Shown here piece by piece: positions 35,171 through 47,557 of a stretch of DNA of 49,556 nucleotides. Within the stretch, counting starts at the first letter, position 1; every line of letters starts with the position of its first letter. Below the pieces are notes generated by a model. That model did no database searches, had not been told where the DNA came from, and saw nothing but the letters and a program-made list of their open reading frames with translations. Source of the DNA: Chromera velia (lineage: Eukaryota). The DNA lies in NCBI GenBank assembly GCA_018398765.1, contig JAHBMJ010000361.1, positions 1-49,556 of the forward strand. The letters run 5' to 3'. Position numbers and translations under genes: made by a program.

Positions 35171-36522
35171 AGAAGGGGAGGGGAAGAGAGAGAGCTTGTG
35201 ATTATATCAAGTGGTGTATGCATCTTGGGAGGGGAGCAACGTACCTTCACCAAGGCCCGTCCTTGGATTCATGCTATCACGGTTTGTTGCTCACGGCGCT
35301 GGTAGAATTTTGAAAAGAGAGAAAGCCAAGGATGGAAAAAGAAGGTAGAATTTTGAAAGGAGAGAAAGCCAAGCATGGAAAAACAAGGAAAGAGTGGCAC
35401 AGAGAAAAGGGGAGGTAGACAGTGAAGGAAGAAGGCAAGAGATAGATAGACAGAGACGGAAAGAAAGTCAACCAAAACCAACTCACCCAGACCCCACGGT
35501 GCCGCAGCCGAAAGAGCACTCTTTTGTCTTTGGCAACTGCACACAGACACACACAAGCATGCAGGCGTCTTTTGCATGTCTCTTCTTGAATGCATCGAAA
35601 GAGAGTCTGTGAGAAGAAGTCGGTCTCGTGTGAACCATCGCCGTGGGCTCCCAAAGAGCTACGTAGGCATAGGAAAAATCCGCAGGAAAGCAACCAGAGA
35701 CGGCGATGCAGACGGACAGCCGCAACTGACGTTTGTAGGAGGAGGAGGAGGTTCGGGCGTGCTCGTTTGCTCTCCTCCCAATCCATCGCCGCGTCGCCTG
35801 ACAAGTTGAAGAGCAGCGAGGAGTGACTCAACAGTCGTTCTGTCGCTCCTCGCCTCCCCTGTTTCGTCGTCGTCTCCCCCCTCTGCATCCGCGTCCGTCC
35901 CTTCTCTGTCTCTGTCAGTGTCTGCAAGGTGGTCGACGACACTCTCCTGGAGCTCCCTCAAGAACTCTGCACAGACAACAACAGGCAGAAAGGCAAGGAC
36001 ATCTTGTACGTGAAGAGTCGAACTGCCTGATTGTCAAAGACGGAACCATTCTTTCCCGTCCCAATGCCAACCCCCCCCCTCACACTGCAGCCACATACAC
36101 GCAGACATGCCTACACGCTCACAGGGCAAACGCGACCAAAGAAAATGCACCAGAGAGAAAGCTGTCTTTCGGTCATTCACAACACTTCCTTCCTTCCTTT
36201 CCTTCTTTTCGGGCAGGCCCACCGGCTCATTCAACAACTCCCCTAGCTCCAGAATGAATCCTTCCCTCCCCCCCTTTCACGAATTCCCCTTTTCACTGAC
36301 TGACTGACTCTCAGGGTCCTCATGAAGGAGGCTCAGAATGGTTTGGTGAATCAGGCTCTTGTCCGTCTGTACCTCCTTCTCCTCCAACTGCCCGCGGTTG
36401 CCGCTACCGCTGCTGCTGCTGGTCTGGGTGTGGTCCTGCGAGTGTGTCTGATTCTGCTCCTGCTGCTGAGAGATCTCCTGCGTACTCTGGTGGTCTCTGT
36501 TCAACGCAGGCGCACCCTCCAT
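32290..36522 (-). CDS. Hypothetical protein: TRAF-like C-C-H-C zinc finger, SPRY/concanavalin-like beta domain and Q/S/A-rich disordered regions; 6 exons
   Basis: Phase-compatible exons 36522-36309, 35966-35731, 35536-35487, 35106-34182, 33724-33591, 33373-32290. Splicing assembles ECSFGCGTVGSGRQIRKHERWC and a beta-rich globular block (GVHAYRFSVLKG...DGVAFVF...KVEKGSEVIMTIDLD...GHFCCLITDTGTTVSV). Domain names are inferred. Confidence 0.72.
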
Positions 36523-37499
36523 GAATCAGTATATAGTCAGTTGGTCTTCCTCTCCTTCCCTCCTCTTCCCTTCTTATCAGTGGACCCGAGTCTTTAGATG
36601 AAGTGGTCCTTTTTTCTCTGGTTGTGTGCCCGTGCTCCTCGTCTGTTTCTGTCTTCTTTTCGAGCTGCCAGTGTCCGTAACCCCGTTCTTATTTACATAC
36701 CGACAACGTCATCCCCCACTTCAGAGGGTGTGGAGCTGCCTCTTCAACACCCACACAGCTGTACCTGGAGACACATGCGTTTTCCACTCTGACCACTTTA
36801 TTCTACTTCTGCAGGACGCTTTATCCTTCCTGAGGTTCTTCTGGCGATTCTCTGTGTTGGAGTCCGCTTTTCCCGTCGCTCAAGGATTGCCCTGTGTCAG
36901 GTGTACCTCTTCACTTTACCCTTTTCCGTGTTGTCCGAAATTTCTTTCCTGGTAGAAACATACTGGTGGACGACGGAGTTCTGTTTTACCCTTTGATCTG
37001 CTACTTATGCAACGCTACTGAGCTACTCACGTATTGGTATTATTGGTAGTACACACCGATCACGAGAAAGGTCGGAAAGGAAAACAAACCAATGTTCTGA
37101 CAGCGGCAGTTGACTCAATGATCGAAATGATGATGCATGGAGGCCGCGCGCGGTTTGAAAAAAAAAAAAAAAATGGCCGCCGCGTGCGTCATTTTCGATC
37201 CGGCTGGGGACGCGGGCATTCTCATGCATGCATGCAGTGACTGACCGTGAATCCGGCCGAGATCGAAAGGTGGTTGAGCGCAAAGTTGATGCTGTGTGAG
37301 TACCTCCCGAAAGAAGACCATACGAGTGAATCCATGCCTTGAAGTGTCATTTAGAGACTCGTGAGTCATGCGCAGCGCTTCCAAGCCGTATTTTCGAAAT
37401 ATCGTTTGTCCGTCTACCCAATGTCGGTTGATATCTTTCTCGACTGACTGACCGCTTTTCTGTTCGTGGCCGCTCTGTGTGTTAGAGCCGCCCGCAGTC

Positions 37500-40409
37500 A
37501 TGGGCAACGAAAATTCGTTTTTAGATCGGGAATTTCCCGCAAATCTTGAATCGGAGGATGATGAAAGTCCCAAAAACGGTTTCGGTTTCGGTGCGGGGAG
37601 TCCCTCTCATGCATCCTCTTCCGGTATCAGACGGCGACAGGGGTCAGCGGATCAGATGGTGGGCATATCCGCATCTCGGGTTCTAAATAGAAAACAATTA
37701 GGACTGAACTTCAACCAGAAAGTATGTCGTAAGTGTGGCCTGAGGAGGAAGTTCAAGCTCGACTGGGGTCAGGCGATTTCTCTGGAGTTTGCAAGAGGAC
37801 TGAACTCCCACCGAGACGAGTCCACACTTTTGTCATCCGACGAGTCGGATTCCTCTGACGGGCCGCCAAAGTGTAAGTGCCCGACCCCTGTGGTCTCACA
37901 GACAGCGCTGACATTGGAAAGGAGAAACACAAACCCCCCAAGGCCTGTGGAGCCTCCTCACCTCTGGGGGTTGGTGCGAGGGACAGCCGAGGTGGTGGAG
38001 GAGGAAGGAGAAGCAGAAGGAGAAGAGGAGGATGACACCCCCCCTCCCCCCCCAAGTGAGCCCCCCCCTCCCGTTCCGCGCATATCTGTAATCCCCGATC
38101 CGGGGGGGCAGGTAGACGCCGAAAGGGAGGGGGCTGTTCTTGTACAGGAAAGGAGGGAAGGTGAACTGACTGAAGACGAAGGGGGAGACGCAGAAGACTC
38201 TCAACGCCTTGCCATAGATTCCCTTGAGTCCTCTATGCGATATTTCGAAAAAGGCTTTTCGGGATTGCTCAGGAAAGTCCACTTCGCGGCCTCGGGTGGG
38301 AGTGAGAACGGAGATGATGACATTCCACCCCCACCCCCAATCCCGATGAAATCTGCTTCCCTTGCCCCCCCCCGTCCATACCGACTGACCCAAGCAGACC
38401 CCCCCCCTCACCTCATACACCACATGGTCGACACACTAGAGAACGAGGGGGTTCTCACACCAGCACAAAGACAGTCTGTATTATCAGATGGAAGTGGAAA
38501 TTCACCCATGGGGGCAGGTAACCTCCATGGAGATTCTTCCTCTGAGGGAACGGGGGGCGAGGAAGGAGACAATTTAGCTCGGCAGGCCAGTGACGGCTCT
38601 GGCTGTTCACCTGCACATTTCCGAAAACAAAGAAAGCACAAGAAAGAACGAGAAAACAACCTCTCCACTCCCTCATTCCCTCCAACCGCGACCCAATCTC
38701 CCCCCACCCCGGCGCCCCCCCTTCCACCAACAGCTTCTTCTTCTTCTTCTGCATCATCACCCGAGAGGAAGAGGCCCGTGTCTGCACCCCCTGCGGGTAG
38801 TGAGGAGCCTCGACGGGGAAGCCTCTCCAGCTTCGGTGCCTCCAAGTTAGAAGCCCGACTGAAGAGGAGACAGGAGGAGAAGGAAAAGCAGAAAAAGGAG
38901 GAGAAGGACCCCCCCCAGGCAGCCCCCCCGTCTGCCTCGACAGAGACAGGGGAAGGCACAGCAGGAGCGACTGGCCTCTCCCTTGAGACTCCACAACAGC
39001 CTCAGGTTTCTGCTCGGTCAACCAACTCGTCGCAGAGCGGTCAGTCAGTCACTGACTCACTCACTTACTCAGTCAGCTCACTCACTCATTCACTCACTCG
39101 CTCAGTCAGTCAGTCGGTCACTCACTTACTCACTCAGTCAGTCTCTCCGGCAGTCAGACTGTGAGTCAGTCACTTAGAGAAAGAGACCGTTGCTCAAGAA
39201 AATTGCTCCTCTGTTCTGCAGGGGGTCACACTGCCATGAACCCCCTCTCCATTTTCGTCATTTGTGTGTTTTGTGTTTCTCTAATCTCCCTTTTCTCCAT
39301 TCAGGATTCGGCCCATTTGAGGGAAGCAGAGTGAATAAGCGTGATTTGAGTGATCGTTAGATGCCCCGATATCAAATGATGAACGTGTGCTTGCATTTCT
39401 TGTGACTGCACGTCCTTGTTCAGGTGCTGCACGTCAGAGAAGCAGTAGCCGTTGGAAGGGGGCCGCTAGAGGGGTATCTCAGGGCAGGCTGAAACTGAGG
39501 GGGAGCAGGAGAAACAGCCAGCAGTCGAACCTGTCCACAGACAGGGCACGGAAAAGCCTCTCTGCTCGGGAGGCGGCAGAAATGTTCCTGAAAGTCAGTT
39601 GGTGACAAAGAAAGAAAAAAACCTTTGCCCATCGTGTTAGAATCAAAAATGTCTTTCGTGATTCAATTGTCTCAATCGACCGTCCCAGCTCCTATCATGG
39701 TTTGAGTAATCTGTTGGTCCATTTGCCTATCTCTTTTTCTGTCTGGCTGTCTGGCTCAATGACTGGCTGTCCTTCTGTCCATCCGTGTCACTTCTCTCTG
39801 TTGCGTGTTTCTGTCTGGGCGCCTAAATCTCACACTCAGCTCTCTCACACTCAGTGACACAAATTCCCCTTCCTCTGTTAATCGACCCACCGTTGCGCAC
39901 GCATGCAGAGTCTCAACGCTATGGAGGTCGAGATGCACCAGCGAATGTCCCTCTCTCACCGCGTGCTGGAAGATCTCCAGGGCGAGGCCACAGACATGGC
40001 CGACCCTTCTGTGATCCTCTCAGAGTCCGCAGATTCAGTCGCACAGTCACTGTCGTACTCGCAACAACTCTCGCCGCACTCCACCGGAACGGCAGGTCCT
40101 CTCTCTTCGAGAACCCCGGCGGCGGCATCGGGCGCGGGGGAGGCCTCTGCCAGTGTGACTGGGCTAGGGGCGGGGGGCAGCGATATGCTCTCAGCAAGAT
40201 CTCCTGACAGTGCGGCCAGGGGTCTTGCTGTTCCCCCCAGTAGTCAGGTGACAGACACTGAGGGTCTACGGGGGTTTGCTGACTGCTCTCTGACGATGGA
40301 GAGTGATATGCTGGATGAGCACCTGCAGTTCGGGGAGGCGGCTGCAGGCGGTGGAGATGGATCTGAAGCTCCCCAGCGTTTGTCTTTAGAACATCTTTTA
40401 AATCTCTAG
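37500..40409 (+). CDS. Hypothetical low-complexity, proline-rich protein with an N-myristoylation-like start (MGNENS); 3 exons
   Basis: Exons 37500-39039, 39424-39593, 39909-40409 join in phase with GT-AG boundaries. Contains CRKC and CKC motifs, poly-Pro tracts and a short charged helix. Confidence 0.72.
39040..39175. repeat. (TCAG)n/(TCAC)n tetranucleotide tract at an intron 5' end
   Basis: GTCAGTCAGTCACTGACTCACTCAC... starts exactly at the donor. Confidence 0.85.
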
Positions 40410-40419
40410 CATTTGTACT

Positions 40420-41290
40420 TCGAATCGTGCATCGAATACATGCGAATGTTGCTTTTTTAGAGTCTTTCTACTTCCTGGTTTCCCAGCTCTGTTGTCTGTT
40501 GACAAAGTAGTTAATTCTTGTATATGTCTATGCATCGTTAAATCGTAACGTGATTGTTTGTTTACCATTCACTTTGGATAGTATAAGCTCATTGAATTTT
40601 GTTTTTAAATTTGTTTAAATTTCATCTATATAATTGTAACAAAAGTAGTTCTACTTTATAACAATGTGGCAAAAAATCAGAATTTCTCAAAAAATGGTTA
40701 ATTGATTGATTGATTGACAGTATCATTGACTAATTGATTCATTAATTACTTTAGATTGATTTGATTCATTAATTTATCAGTTTAGATTCACTGACTCATT
40801 CTTCGCTTTGTTGTAACAAAATTATAAGGTTGTGGGTGTAGTATAGTGTGGTACATACTTACATATACTTTTACCGTTTGATGACATCGCACAAGGCAGT
40901 TTAGTTTCTAACATGGAGTATTTTAGAGTACGTAATTCACTTAATTTTACTAAATTGCACTAGATGCTATCAGGTGAAGTAAGTTGGATGGAAGACCCTC
41001 ACCTGAGAGCCAACAGTTTTGATGAAGAAGCATGTCTTGACAGATATTGAAGCTTTTTAATTTGAAGTGTTGATTCATGCAGTATAGCGTGGCATCCTAG
41101 AAAATAATAGAAAATAACAACTTTTCCCTGTCTAATGTTAGAAGTATCCAGCTAGCTCTGGATATAGATGACGATGGCGTATCATAGTTACAGTCATAGC
41201 CCCCTTTTTAAATTTTCAAAGCCCAGTTTCGGTTGTCAAACTCAAAATCCTATCAAAATCGTGGCCTGCGGTTTTACTAGTATTTGAAAG
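40420..41290. other. AT- and TpA-rich island
   Basis: Composition shift after the gene ending at 40409; (ATTG)n words; no ORFs in the track. Confidence 0.45.
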
Positions 41291-41486
41291 TCTTGGTTGA
41301 GTGCATCGTCGGCCGGTCCCTATCGGCCAGACCGCAGATTATTTCATAATGGCATCATTGGCAGATCGATCGATCTCGGTTGGATTCTCGGATATATAAG
41401 ACTTAATTGCATGGCCGGGCGCCTGGCGGTTGGGACGGGCCGGGTCAGGCCTGTGCACGGCTGGCTGCGGGATGGATCTGACACAA

Positions 41487-41826
41487 GCAACACGTTTCTG
41501 TGACTGTTTTGGGTCACGGACCTCGAGTTGGGTCGGACACCCCCCCCCCCCCGAGGTTCAGAAGTCTGCACTTCTGAACCTTGGGCCAGGGGGGTCAAAC
41601 CCCCCCGCCGCCAGGTCCAGACATGGGCTTATCGTGGGTCCGGGAGGCGCCGCCACGGGGCGAGAGGGGGTGGCGGCACCCTGCTCCTTTGACGCACGCA
41701 GCCGACTTTGCCTTTGTCGGCCAATAATCGGGTCTGAAGTCTCTTGTCCGTCTTGAAGGTCCACAGGTTCAAAACTACGGAGTTCTGAACCTCTGAGCAA
41801 ACGGACTTTTCCCACAGAAATGTTGC
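41487..41826. mobile_element. Possible MITE-like element with degenerate terminal inverted repeats
   Basis: GCAACACGTTTCTGTG (41487) versus CACAGAAATGTTGC (41813-41826). Internal self-complementary units GGTTCAGAAG..CTTCTGAACC (41556) and GGTTCAAAAC..GTTCTGAACC (41766) are roughly mirror-placed. Confidence 0.4.
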
Positions 41827-43255
41827 CACAAAAAACGCTCTGTCAGATGTCTTCTGATGGTCTTAGAAGATGTCTGACAGAGCGTTTTCTTGGTTTTGAC
41901 TTTTTTTTCGGGAGTGCACTTTTGGGGCTCTGGAGGAGACGGCTACAACAACAGTTGCTGGGTCACCTCGGGTTGGCACGAAGTGGAGCTTGGAGGTGGG
42001 TCCAGTGGACACCAGCCGTCTTCATCTTGTTTCTAACGTCTTTCTGCTTGCTGCTTCTCCTCCTGTTCAAGCGGGGAAGGGCTGCCAGCTTTATCTAGGT
42101 ATTAAAGTACTGCTGCCTTCATCGCTCTCCTTACTCTTTCCTTGCAGGTCACAGTCTTAGGAGCCCCGGGGTCAACCCCCAGGTCAGCCTGTCCGGACCC
42201 GCTGCTTCTTAGGCTCTTGGTTTTGTCCTTGGAACCTTGTGCGTGCAGAATAAGCTGGACAGAAGTGCTTCCTTGACTGCACAAAGCGTGAACGCCTGTC
42301 CCTCCGTGTTTGCAGGTGTTGGTGGACGGAGATTTGGGAACACCTGCAGGTCAGTTAAGGAAGCGCGGCTTGCTCTCTTGCTTTGTATGATGATTTGCTT
42401 AGCATCCAGCTTCTTTGTCCTGCTAGGAGCTTGACGAAAACGCACAAGGGAGGTCACTGGGACAGGGTCAATGGAGAGTCTCCATTTTTTGACCGCCTCT
42501 TCTGAAGCTTTGCACAGCTCTCAGTCGTGCCAGACATTTTTCCACCCAGACCAATCACTCAGCTTTCATGCATGTGAATGTCTTCCACTTGCTCCGTGTG
42601 TGTCAGTCTTTCAAAGCGGTCCATACTATCCCGACGCAAGTGCTACTTACTCGTTCATCCTTTCTCATTTGTGGCACTCCGTACTGGTCTCCCTCTGAAC
42701 ATCTGGATCTACCTACAGACCTGTCCTTCTTTTTTACAGTTTCTCATTGACACACGCAGAACGATTTACAAACTTTTACGCCGTGTAGTGTGAGTTCTTT
42801 GTGAATAAAATTATGTTGTCTCTGTGCTCTGTTCTTAGGAATCCTCTCCGACCCCTGCTGACCGTCTCCTGTCTGGTCTGTCCAGCCTAGTTGTGAAGCC
42901 CTCCTTCCTGCACTGTTTCCCTTACAGAAGAGGCAATTCTTTATACTTGATTGGCGGCGCTAAACGTTGCTGTTGAGCATATCCATTAATGTTGTGTCTG
43001 TGTATTTCTTTACAGGTAACATTCACTAACTTCCACGTGCCGCGGTGATCATAATTTTTCCCTAGCTAATCAACCAGTCTTTTGAGCACATTTGAGCAGA
43101 TTCGCACAGAAATAACGATTTTAAATGCTCTAAAAAACTTTAGATTGCTTTAAGTAACCTAGTTTTACTTTCTAATGAAGCTAGAATATAGTAAATTTAA
43201 AAGTCACTTTAAATTCCACTAAGTCCTAGTACTTTGGAGTCCACTCTGTTATCTG

Positions 43256-43729
43256 TTGTCGGTCCCTCTCCTTCGCATCTGGTCAGATGCATCTTTTTCT
43301 CTCAGAGAATATTCTGCACAGATAGGATTTGAGATTCAGTTGTTGGACAAAGACGCTTCTTTGCCAAGCAAGGAAGAATGCAACACTATTTTCTGGAAGT
43401 CCCGTTCTCTAAAAGTGAAAGTTAGCTTAACAACTTCGGCTGAACTGATTGCTCTGCGCGATGCGGTGAAAGCTGCCTTTGAGTACTTTTATTTTGTAGA
43501 GAGGATGTGGTTAGCGATGTGGAAAGCCAACCCAACAGTTCAGTTCATTCTTGACTCTCAACCTCTGCTTGCACAGCTGGTCTCTGGTCGTACCCGTTCT
43601 GATCCCAGTCAGCAAAGCATGCTTGAGTTTGTGCTGCAATGCAGAAAGGAAATGAATGCAGAGTTCGTGCGTGTCCCGACAGACGAGATGAGAGCAGATA
43701 GAATGACGAAGTGTCTTCTGTCCGAGTGA
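43256..43729 (+). mobile_element. Truncated 3' end of a second Ty1/Copia family: RNase H domain
   Basis: LRIWSDASF, IFWKS, TTSAELIAL, ILDSQ, VPTDEMRADRMTK. A purine tract AGGGGG(CGATC) and TGTTGAG at ~44134-44151 could be a PPT and LTR start. Confidence 0.85.
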
Positions 43730-44721
43730 GACTGTGAATTGAAAGAAGAATTAAAGAAGAAAGGGCAAGCTGACAGTGATTGAGCGTTCTTTGTTTGTGT
43801 GTTTCTTTCTCTTCATCTTCCTCTTTGCATGTCTTCATGATTCTGTTCTTTTCTTTTTCTTCTCTTCGTTTCACTTTTACTCCCATATGACAAGAAAGTG
43901 AATGAAAGCATTTCATGCAATTTTATGTTTGTTGTTCGATTCTTTCTCGTAAGCTTCATTTCCTTGTTTCTTGTTATGATTGATCTGGTCCTTCGCCGAA
44001 GATTGAAAGCCTTTTGTCATCCTTTGGTCGTTAATGCTTCAGTGAAGTAAGCCTGTTTTACATGTGCATCCATTGTGTCTGTCTGTGTTATGAATGTCAG
44101 TCAAACATTACTCGTATCATTGCAATGACACTCAGGGGGCGATCTGTTGAGCCGAGACTTCTTTTGTTGTAATGCTCTATAGGCTGTGTACATGCTGTAG
44201 CGCCCTATCGGCGGTGCATGATATCTGAACAGTTCTGCGCGTGGCCCCCGTCCATCTGTATCGGTGTGCATGCATGCGTTCGCATATTATTTTCAGACAT
44301 GCCGTAGCCTTGAGAATGTTCATGCATCGTATCACGCATGCGTGAAGCAACAGTGCAACAATGCCGTCTCATCATATTCAATTTCGGTTCTCGTTGTATG
44401 CAATACAGAATCGAATTTGTATATTCGATTGAATCGATCGATCGACTGACAGAATCGATTTACAATTTAAGCACGCGCATCCAAATCAATTTAGCCAATC
44501 GATTTGATAGACTTGTATGACTTGCAAGTGTTAGTACGTTTGCATATATACTATCAGACCTTCTGAATCTCTTGTGAACAATTGATAGTCACTGCACAAT
44601 AGTCTTTAGTTAACATACAAGCAAGCTTGCAAACGGCCCCGGAAAGCAAGAAAAATGAGAACTTCACGATTGACGTACGCCGGCCAGCTGATCGGGTGGT
44701 CGCGCCGACCCCCCCCCCCCC

Positions 44722-44787
44722 NNNNNNNNNNNNNNNNNNNNNNNNNNNNNNNNNNNNNNNNNNNNNNNNNNNNNNNNNNNNNNNNNN
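44722..44787. other. Assembly gap (N run)
   Basis: Run of n next to a C homopolymer. Confidence 0.98.
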
Positions 44788-44932
44788 CCCGCGGAAAAAG
44801 CTGCAGAATCCCCCCTCCCCCAGGAAAAAAGCCCGATGATGCAGCCCCTCGCTTTCCGGGGCCACAGCGTGCACGTGGGCTGGGGTATTTCTGTTTTCTA
44901 AGTGCCCCCCGCTTCGCTTTCCGGGGCCACAG

Positions 44933-44959
44933 GCATGCATGCATGCATGCATGCATGCA
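44933..44959. promoter_or_regulatory. (GCAT)n / TGCATGCA motif array upstream of the 45237 gene
   Basis: Six or more tandem GCAT units; further copies at ~44267, ~45028 and ~37224. TGCATGCA is a known ApiAP2-bound, over-represented motif in apicomplexans. Confidence 0.5.
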
Positions 44960-45236
44960 CGCAATCGGTTTTCGCGCCTCCAAAATCGGAAAAGTCGGTC
45001 GACGGGCTGTCAGTCGGATCGAACACCATGCATGCAATTAACTTTCAGTTTGACATATATACAATCCACCCCTGTTCGGAAATCTCGCAACGAAGACAAG
45101 CGTCATGAAGGCTTGTGCTCTGAACAGGAGAAGGATGCTGCACGTAGAGAAGTGAAGTCATTTCGTGAAGCGACAAATCCGGTGGGGGTCGTTTTGTGAC
45201 AACCGTTGTTAGGTGGATCTGTGTTGCGAAGACACA

Positions 45237-47046
45237 ATGGCTGACGTTACAAAGAGTGGGGAATCAGGAAAGGCTGACACCTCACTGTCAGCCAACACCT
45301 CTGGAATCCCCCAAGAGCCCAGTACAAAGGTCAGTCATGCATCCTCGCAGCTGGATTGCCATTGACTCGCTGAGTGGTTCCATGCCACCAAAGATTTTCG
45401 AATTCAGTTGCCTTACCTTTGGATATGCATACCTGCCCGGCTACCTGCCTTCCTGTGTGTTTGTATTGCAGCCTCCGATAAGTCCGGGGGTGCAGAAGAT
45501 GATGCCGAAAGCACCGAGAGATTTTGAGTCCCCCACGACGACCTCCACTTCTCCGAGAGGTCGAGGGAAGTCGGAGGGGGAGGGTGCACTTCCTCCGTCT
45601 TCTCCTGGAGATGAATCCAAGATGCGCAGAGGGTTGAAAGAGAAAGAGAGAGACAGTACTGGACGTCCGAATGTCGGCTTTGGCATCACAGCAAAGCCTC
45701 CTTCTAAGGAGTCCTCGTCTGGATCCCGAAAGGTCGCGAGGTCTCAAACAGAATTTGCTCTTCCGAAAGCCCTCTCTGTGATCTTTTTGGACGCTCCGTT
45801 GGAAGGAGAAGAAGAGGATGACGAGGAGGACGAAAAGGGGGAAACAGATGAGAAGAGTGGCACCCGTATTCTTGAAGGGATGAGTGAGGTGATCTCTTTG
45901 GAGGGTGAAGACTTTGGAGAAGGAAAGAAAGAACGACAAACCCTACCCCACCGATCATCTGCTTTTCAGAGACACATGAGACGTGTGACGATGGGTGGTG
46001 GCCAGCCTCCTGCCAGTTCTCAAAGTCTACACAGACGAACTTCATTCCACATCGAGAGATTCCTCAGATCAAATGACTCAAAGGCCCGGGATGCAAGAAA
46101 TCTGATTCTCCGTTCAAGGCGTCGAGCGACGGACGGATCAGACAATCCCTTGGACGATGGCGGGTCTTCCTCAAAACTCTCTGAAGGGGGCCCCTCCTCA
46201 TCTGCCGCCTCCCCATCTATTGGTGCATTTCGTATCGGTCCCTTTATTCCCGTCTCCTCCTTCGTTGACAGACCGTCCATGCCGAACATGCCAATCCACA
46301 CCCACACACAGTCAAACTTTTCAAAGCAGGGAACGTCACACAGAGCCTCCGCATCTATGGGGCAAACTCAGAATGCTCGCAGCTCTGTGCTCACTTCTCT
46401 CAGTTTCGGAGTGGGAGGAACGGGAACCTCCGTAGGCTCCCCTTCGATGCTCTCGCCTACCCAGACGCCTTGTGGGACTGATGGGTTCCGTCCTTTCCTC
46501 CCTGACGGCACTAGTCGCGCCTCCTGTCCCCCACTTCTTTTGGAAATAGGGGGTGAACCCTACACTCCAGTAGGCCCTCCTCAAAAGGAGTGTCTCCTTC
46601 CTGAGACACCTCAAGATGGGCCGAAGATTTGGATTCAGTCCCTCCAAGAGGAGGACGAGGACAAGGAAGAATACAGAAAGACCCCACCCCCCTCCAGCCG
46701 ACGAATGTTCTTTTACGATGAGGAAGAATCCCAGAGTCTCGCGAGCTCTCCTGCAGAAACCCAAACGGCTGCCTCGACTGCGGCCCTGAACTCTGAGGGG
46801 GCCACCATTGTCGGCTCTCCCGAGACTCCACAGAGAGGCAGCACGTTCAGACCTTGCGTCTTTGAAGGGTCCCCTCTCCAGAAAAGAGAATCAATCAAAG
46901 ACAGAAAAAACAGGAAACCGGGGGGAAGTGGCAGTGGTCCCTTCTCGCCATCACACCTCTCTCCTCTGAGTGCTGAGACAGGAGGGGGGTTTCCCTCGGG
47001 GGGAGTGAGGACGCCTGGCAGTTCGACTACTGATCTTGGGAGGTCC

Positions 47047-47081
<35 letters not shown>

Positions 47082-47183
47082 TTTCCTTCATGAGCGGGTA
47101 CAAGGGAAGCAGACAAAGCAAAGACGCGAATTGGGAGCCGGCTTCATGAATCACATTCTCACTTTCTACTCTCTTGTCTTTTC

Positions 47184-47223
<40 letters not shown>

Positions 47224-47524
47224 TCTTTTTTCACTCTGTTGCTTTCCTCTCTTCCAAGTCTTCTGAGAGTACTTTGCATGATTCCACCCCCAGCCAGACT
47301 GTTTTCTGTCGGATCCTCCTGCATGCCTTTTCTTCTGATCATGGTGCGAGTATCCTTCCTGCTCCTTCCTGCTCCTTCCTGTCTGGTGTCCCTCTCCCAT
47401 TTTCTCTTTTCTCGAGGGTGCATTCATTCTATGGGCTTGTGTCTGGTGTTCGACACGGGTAGAGGGAGGCAGACTTTCCTCCACTTCTCTGTGTAAGCGT
47501 TGTCCCTGCCCCCCCCCCNCCCCC

Positions 47525-47557
<33 letters not shown>

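Noticed and set aside
45196..47496. Single 766-aa ORF with a hydrophobic C-terminus
   Set aside because: The first ~90 aa and the tail after 47042 are UTR/intron read-through (CT repeats); the spliced model is more coherent.
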